Source: Lentisphaeria bacterium
GTDB taxonomy: Bacteria > Verrucomicrobiota > Lentisphaeria > JABSQK01 > JAWLHB01
Direction of reading: 5' to 3'
Assembly (NCBI GenBank): GCA_041690595.1
Contig: JAWLHB010000007.1
Span: 1 to 64,000, forward strand
DNA length: 64,000 nt
In this document: one piece after another, positions 58,723 to 64,000 of the stretch
How positions within the stretch are numbered: position 1 is the first letter of the stretch
Layout of the letters: each line of letters starts with the position of its first letter
The notes under the pieces: model-generated
Told to the model about the DNA's origin: nothing
Database searches by the model: none
Seen by the model: the letters and a program-made list of their open reading frames with translations, nothing else
Made by a program: the position numbers and the translations under genes

Positions 58723-61197
58723 TCAGTCTGGCGCGCGCTCGCCCGCGGAGACGTTGACCAGGAAGACCTGGTCGCAGGAGATCGTGCTCTCCGTGGCCTT
58801 GCTCTCCGGGTCGAACATGGGGCCCTCGAATTTGACGTTGGCCCAAAACTCGTAGTGGCGTTCGTGATAGGACGGGTCGTAGTAGCGGCCGAGGCTCATG
58901 ATGTCGAGGGACTTGCCCCAGAGCCCGCAGAAGACCAGTCTGCAGCGCGACGGCAGCCGGTTGGTGAAGAGTTTGTACATGGTGTACTGGTTAGGTACAA
59001 TCTCCGCTTTTGGGATCGCTGTGCCCTGCATCAGCCATTTGCGCTCGAAGGCATCATAGTACTCGATGCGGCAGCCATCCTCGGTGTGCTTGGGGTTGAC
59101 TACCACTTCCTTCATGGTCCAGCCGGTGACGGCGTCCGGATCCTTGGTGAGCGCGGCTTTCTCGGCGGCCCAGACGCGCGGGCGGATGGGCAGGTAGCGC
59201 ACCACACTGGTCTTCGCATGACTGGCCAGTTCCGGCGGCAGCGCATCGTCCTTCAATTCCGCGTAGAGCGACATATCACCCAGCACCTGGACAGCACGAT
59301 TGGAACGCTTGCCGGTCATGCCGGCCTCTTCTGCCTCTTCGGCGCTGGCGAGACCGCGTGCGAGGACCTCGGCAATGTCGATCTTCTCATCGGGGAATTC
59401 GCGCCGGATCTTTGGCAGCGTCATGATGGTCCAGCAGTCGACGGCGGTCCTTGCCACGCGGACATTGCGGGCGCGGACCGGGTCGTCCTTCACCAACTCG
59501 AGCATGGCGTCGAAGTCGCGGCGCCAACGGACGATCCGCTCGGGCTCGATGAAAGTCATCCGGTCATAGCTCTCATCGGCGAACATCGCCTTGGTGCGGT
59601 CGTCGATGAAGTCCCGGCGCATCTGCTCCAGTTCCTCGACGATCGCCAGCATCTTCGGCGCGGCGGCGCCATATTTCCACTCGGCGAATTCATGGACGAG
59701 GGCCGCGGCATCGAGATGGGGGTCGATCAGCAACCGTAAGTAGAGGTAGGTAGTGATGTCGCCGAACTCGAAGCTGCCGAGCCCGCAGGAGCCCACGCTC
59801 TGCACCCCGGCAGCGTGCAACTCGCGCATTTCCTTGGTCATCCGCGCGTAGACCTGGTAGGGGGCGCCGCCGCCGTAGTACCAGTAGGAGACATGATCGG
59901 TGATGCTCACCCACTTCTTCAGATTCGCGTATTTGTCGAAGTTGTTGAGGATCAAGCCGCCGGCAAAGACGACGGGCTTCAGCTCCGTGAGCGTCTGGCT
60001 GCTGTTGAGGAAGGCCGCGTCGCAGATGAAGTTCTCCGGGAAGACGATCTTGTCCGGGGCAATCTCCGTCTGTTTGGCCCCCTTATAGGCCAGCGACGTG
60101 ATGAAGACGCCGGGGTGCTCGTCCTTCAACTCGCCGCAAAGTTCGAGGATGTAGTCCCATAGCGGGCCGCCGGTGCAGTCGTACCTCTCCTGGAGCTTCA
60201 GACAGCCCGGGCAGAAGCAATAGGTGCCGCCGTGGAAGTCGTTGGAGCCGACCATGTAGACGCCATCTCCTTTGACGGAGATAGCTTCCCTGACGCGCTC
60301 GGTGAAGAGTTTGCGCAGCTCCAGGTTGGAGAAGCAGAGCTGGGCGTTGTCCACCCGCTCACCCTTCTCGTTTTGTGTGAAATACTCGGGATGTTTCGCG
60401 AATAAGCCCTCCAGCGCCGGTTTGCCGCTGCCCCGCCAGAAGCTCCAGGTCTTATCGTGGGCAGGCACGTAGTAGAAGAGCGAGTGTCCGGGCACATGTT
60501 GCTGATAGCGTTCGACCAGACCGATGTCGTTGGCGAAGGACGAGCCCTCGCCGTACTTTTCCCAATCCAGTCGCGTACCCCGGTTGCGGAAGCTGTACCT
60601 GGCGAAGTCTTTGATGGTCTCGCGGTTCATGAGGGGCGAGGTATAGCAGATGCGGAAGCCAGGGAACGCCGGCCGCCGACATGTCTCCCGGCCAGAGAAG
60701 CGCAGCGTATCCGCCTTGCGGAACGACTCACCGCCCGGATACGGCGCAAAACAGCGATAGCCCGCTTCGTTCTCCACGAAGTCGTAGACCGCGTAGATCG
60801 TGCCCCAGTCGTCGCCGCCAGTCAGCACCAGGTCATTCCCGCGCCGGGTCACCAGCGACTCCTGCTCACGCAAAGCGTCCACCCTTTCCCTGCCCAGCAG
60901 TTCACGAGTCAGCCTGTGCCGCCCCAGCACGATTCGCGCGGCCGACTGCACCGCTTCCGGCGAGGCCACATCCACCGCCCGCAACTCCACGCTGGTGCTC
61001 CCCAGGATGATGTCCTGCAGTTCCCTGACGGCAAAGGCTTCGGCGGGGTTGGACGCATCGTACACCACGACACAGCGGCTCTCGCCCCCCTCGATCAGTG
61101 TCAAGGGCCGAGCACGCATCCTGCTGCTCTGACAAGCGGAAAAGGAGCTTATGACCATCAGCCCGACCAACAGGCGGAACCAGATTACTTTCATCAT
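58723..61197 (-). CDS. DUF4838 domain protein, putative lipoprotein
   Basis: MMKVIWFRLLVGLMVISSFSAC lipobox-like N-terminus; GTIYAVYDF, HSLFYYVP, HPEYF, QLCFSN, CFCPGC, SLAY. Confidence 0.8.
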   Translation of the reverse strand: MMKVIWFRLLVGLMVISSFSACQSSRMRARPLTLIEGGESRCVVVYDASNPAEAFAVRELQDIILGSTSVELRAVDVASPEAVQSAARIVLGRHRLTRELLGRERVDALREQESLVTRRGNDLVLTGGDDWGTIYAVYDFVENEAGYRCFAPYPGGESFRKADTLRFSGRETCRRPAFPGFRICYTSPLMNRETIKDFARYSFRNRGTRLDWEKYGEGSSFANDIGLVERYQQHVPGHSLFYYVPAHDKTWSFWRGSGKPALEGLFAKHPEYFTQNEKGERVDNAQLCFSNLELRKLFTERVREAISVKGDGVYMVGSNDFHGGTYCFCPGCLKLQERYDCTGGPLWDYILELCGELKDEHPGVFITSLAYKGAKQTEIAPDKIVFPENFICDAAFLNSSQTLTELKPVVFAGGLILNNFDKYANLKKWVSITDHVSYWYYGGGAPYQVYARMTKEMRELHAAGVQSVGSCGLGSFEFGDITTYLYLRLLIDPHLDAAALVHEFAEWKYGAAAPKMLAIVEELEQMRRDFIDDRTKAMFADESYDRMTFIEPERIVRWRRDFDAMLELVKDDPVRARNVRVARTAVDCWTIMTLPKIRREFPDEKIDIAEVLARGLASAEEAEEAGMTGKRSNRAVQVLGDMSLYAELKDDALPPELASHAKTSVVRYLPIRPRVWAAEKAALTKDPDAVTGWTMKEVVVNPKHTEDGCRIEYYDAFERKWLMQGTAIPKAEIVPNQYTMYKLFTNRLPSRCRLVFCGLWGKSLDIMSLGRYYDPSYHERHYEFWANVKFEGPMFDPESKATESTISCDQVFLVNVSAGERAPD

Positions 61198-61253
61198 GCC
61201 TCGACGTTTTTTGTGGTCGTTCATTTTTGTGGTGGTTCGGCGGTGAGGCCGGC

Positions 61254-61982
61254 TCACCAGCGCTGATAATGGTTGAAGAACCTGGAAACCCACAAGTCCG
61301 ATAGTTGCTTGCTCATGAACGAGGAGCCCATCGTGCCCACATGTCCATCGACAAAAAACGCATTCACCGAACCGCCAAGGTGCCGGGAGCATTCCGCGTA
61401 CTTCGCCATTGCCACCCCATAACTGCGACCGGTAATGTACGCATAGGTGCGATAGGAAGAATTCTGGTTGACGCAGAACTCGTTGCTCGGACCATCCATG
61501 ATCATCATCATATCACTGGGAAACTGCAGACTGGACATGAGTTTATAATCCAACCCCGACTTGTTCGTGTCAGTGCCTCCGCCGCTGAAAATGTAGTTGC
61601 TGAATTTGGAACTATGCCTCCCCGGATCGGCTGGGCAGTACAACACACCAAGTCCGCGTCTGGCCGAAAACGAGCTGTTGGTCAGCTCGTCACAGAGGCC
61701 AGTGCTCTCGGCCACGATCACCTGCCAGGGCACTAAGGCTCCATCCGTCCCTTTCATCAGCGGATGCCACCAGCGGTTGTCGTAGTCGTCCAGATAAAGG
61801 CCGATCGCCATCCCCTGCTGTTTGAGGTTGTTCAAGCATGTGGTTGCACGCGCCCTCGCTCGCGCAGACTGCAATGCGGGAAGCAGCAGGCTGGCCAGAA
61901 TGGATATGATGGCCACTACCACAAGGAGTTCGATCAGCGTGAACCTCGCAATGCTTGTTGGGCAAAGCACTTTCTTTTGCAT
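61254..61982 (-). CDS. Prepilin-type N-terminal cleavage/methylation domain protein with H-X9-DG-like motif
   Basis: [44 protein letters not shown] at 61982. Confidence 0.9.
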   Translation of the reverse strand: MQKKVLCPTSIARFTLIELLVVVAIISILASLLLPALQSARARARATTCLNNLKQQGMAIGLYLDDYDNRWWHPLMKGTDGALVPWQVIVAESTGLCDELTNSSFSARRGLGVLYCPADPGRHSSKFSNYIFSGGGTDTNKSGLDYKLMSSLQFPSDMMMIMDGPSNEFCVNQNSSYRTYAYITGRSYGVAMAKYAECSRHLGGSVNAFFVDGHVGTMGSSFMSKQLSDLWVSRFFNHYQRW

Positions 61983-62226
61983 GGCGACACCCTTGGTTGG
62001 TTCTTGTCTGGCCTGAATCATTCAGGCTGGGCGGCGCACGTTGTCGACTTGCCGCTTAGCCATACAGTATAGTCGGTCTTCCGATCCAGGAGAATGGCAT
62101 TAAGGACTTAAGGCATGTCATAAACGACCACTGGCGATTCGACGCGCTGGGACAGCAATCCCCTTGAACTGGCTGAATCAACCGTGATATTGTCAAAAGC
62201 AACCAAGCCTCTCCACGAGAATCCCA

Positions 62227-63051
62227 ATGACCCGCCATCTGTCCGATTTCGCCAGCTTTCCACGTGAGCATGTGGTTCGTCGCAATATCGCGATAGGCAC
62301 CGCCTTTGCTGAGCGAAAGAAACAGGCGACGAACATCATCTACGGGGCTGACATCTGTTTCAGCTACCAGCTCCGAGGAGAGGGAGTTTATCGCAACGAG
62401 AATTCGGGCGTTACCTTTTCCTTCTGCCCCGGCACCTTGCGCATCTTGCCGCCGAACGCACCGTATGCCAGAATCAGTTTCCCCGGTATCCATGTCGACC
62501 ATTTTCTGACGCTTCCCAGAGGCTACTACGAGCGGCTTGAGGAAATGGATCTGGTGAGCCCCAGCCACCCCGTCATCGATCTGGGGATCAGGAGGGATCT
62601 GATCGAACGGCATGAGCAGCTTACCAGGCGTGTCCGCGAGGTCTCCGATTTGGGCCTGCCGCGAGCCGTCAGTGAAGCTTTCACCCACGCTGTCGACCTG
62701 CTGTTGCCACGTCCGACCGCCAACCAGAGATGGCGCGCGACGATAGCGAGGGCTGCCGCCGTACTGGGGGGCGACTTCCAGGACGCCATCCTGATCCCTG
62801 AACTCGCGGCCCAGCTGAACATGAGCTGCACCAACTTCCGTCGTATCTTCACCTCTTACTACGGCGTCTCGCCAAACACCTATCGCATCCACAAGAAGCT
62901 CGAGGCGATCAAGAGCGTCCTGCTGACCGATGACCTCCTGATCAAGGAAGTGGCCGACCGCTTCGGATATGTGGATGCCTACACCTTCTCGCGGCAGTTC
63001 AAAACGTACACTGGCGTCTCCCCAACCGTTTTCCGCAACCGAGTCCTGTAG
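62227..63051 (+). CDS. AraC family transcriptional regulator
   Basis: IPELAAQLNMS..NFRRIF...GVSP..YR; IKEVADRFGYVDAYTFSRQFK..TGVSP. Confidence 0.92.
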   Translation: MTRHLSDFASFPREHVVRRNIAIGTAFAERKKQATNIIYGADICFSYQLRGEGVYRNENSGVTFSFCPGTLRILPPNAPYARISFPGIHVDHFLTLPRGYYERLEEMDLVSPSHPVIDLGIRRDLIERHEQLTRRVREVSDLGLPRAVSEAFTHAVDLLLPRPTANQRWRATIARAAAVLGGDFQDAILIPELAAQLNMSCTNFRRIFTSYYGVSPNTYRIHKKLEAIKSVLLTDDLLIKEVADRFGYVDAYTFSRQFKTYTGVSPTVFRNRVL

Positions 63052-63271
63052 GTAGGGAGGATCTCGGCGAAGTGATTACTGCTGATACTGGTGATGCATC
63101 GCCAGGTTATGAGTAAGCTTGGTCGTTTCTGACATGGCTTGAGTTGGCAATGCCATTCTACTCCGGAAAACTTCGGTTATCTTGCTTAGCTATGGAGGGC
63201 GGTCCACTGAGCTATCCACCACACTACATACAGCCATCGCCCCTCATACCGACCAAGCGGAGACTCCCCCT

Positions 63272-64000
63272 GTGCGTGCCATACTGATCAATGACGACAA
63301 TTCCCTTTCCTGGAGCAAGGTCTCCGACCCCGTCCGTAAAGACGGGGAGATCATCATCCAGGTACATGCCGCCGCCCTCAACCGCGCCGACCTCCTGCAA
63401 CGCGCTGGCAGCTACCCACCGCCTCCCGGATGGCCCGACTGGATGGGCCTCGAAGCCGCTGGCGTCGTCATCGACGCACCTTCTGCCTGCCGCTGGAAGG
63501 TCGGCGACAAGGTCTGCGCCCTCCTTGGCGGTGGCGGCTATGCCGAGCAGGTTGCTGTCCCGGCCGACATGGCGATATCCATCCCCGACGGCCTCTCCAT
63601 GGTCGAAGCCGCCGCGATCCCGGAAGCGTTCGCCACCTCGTACTTGAACCTCTGCATCGAAGGCCAGATGAAAGCCGGCGACACGGTCTTCATCCAGGCC
63701 GGCGCCAGCGGACTCGGTATGGCCGCGATCCAGCTGGCCAAAGCGATGGGCGCAAAAGTCGTCACGACTGTTGGTACAGAAGCAAAGGAACAGTTCGTCC
63801 GCGAACTCGGAGCTGATGTCGTCATCAACCGCAATAATGAGGACATCGCGGCCGTACTGGCCCAGCATCCAGTCGATGTCGCCATGGATTGCGTCGCGGG
63901 CAAGAACCTTGGCCCCTGCCTGAAGACCATGGCGCATGGCGGCCGCTGGATCGTCATTGCCACCCTTGGCGGCACCGCCACTGAACTCGACATGCTCGAC
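63272..64000 (+). CDS. NAD(P)H-quinone oxidoreductase (zeta-crystallin/PIG3 type), 3' end beyond the window
   Basis: Absent from the ORF track because it has no stop in the window; manual translation from GTG 63272 gives MRAILI...AAALNRADLLQRAGSYPPPPG..GLEAAG...GGGYAE...AGASGLG. Confidence 0.9.
   Translation, partial: MRAILINDDNSLSWSKVSDPVRKDGEIIIQVHAAALNRADLLQRAGSYPPPPGWPDWMGLEAAGVVIDAPSACRWKVGDKVCALLGGGGYAEQVAVPADMAISIPDGLSMVEAAAIPEAFATSYLNLCIEGQMKAGDTVFIQAGASGLGMAAIQLAKAMGAKVVTTVGTEAKEQFVRELGADVVINRNNEDIAAVLAQHPVDVAMDCVAGKNLGPCLKTMAHGGRWIVIATLGGTATELDMLD

Overview
GC-rich, gene-dense bacterial scaffold segment with two 100-N assembly gaps (40197-40296, 56714-56813). Four '[13 protein letters not shown]' prepilin/H-X9-DG proteins, five DUF4838-type proteins and two sulfatases suggest a PVC-superphylum organism such as Lentisphaerota/Kiritimatiellota (inference). 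Content: (i) a GntR/LacI-regulated carbohydrate operon (pilin-like, GH20-like, GH42, three DUF4838) with a near-consensus promoter and a repeated palindromic operator; (ii) a chemosensory cassette without CheA/CheW/MCP (CheD-like lacking the catalytic Cys, CheR, CheB, CheD, receiver-CheX fusion); (iii) metabolic genes (proA, mdh, PflX-like radical SAM, desaturase, DoxX, GH130, heparinase II/III-like, PfkB, EfpL/YeiP); (iv) a large Calx-beta surface protein; (v) further CAZymes (GH78, oligogalacturonate lyase-like); (vi) an orphan phage terminase small-subunit-like gene with an in-frame tail of REP-like palindromic repeats, bracketed by imperfect direct repeats. No rRNA, tRNA, CRISPR array, transposase or reverse transcriptase was recognised. 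All family calls come from motif recognition by eye, not database searches.
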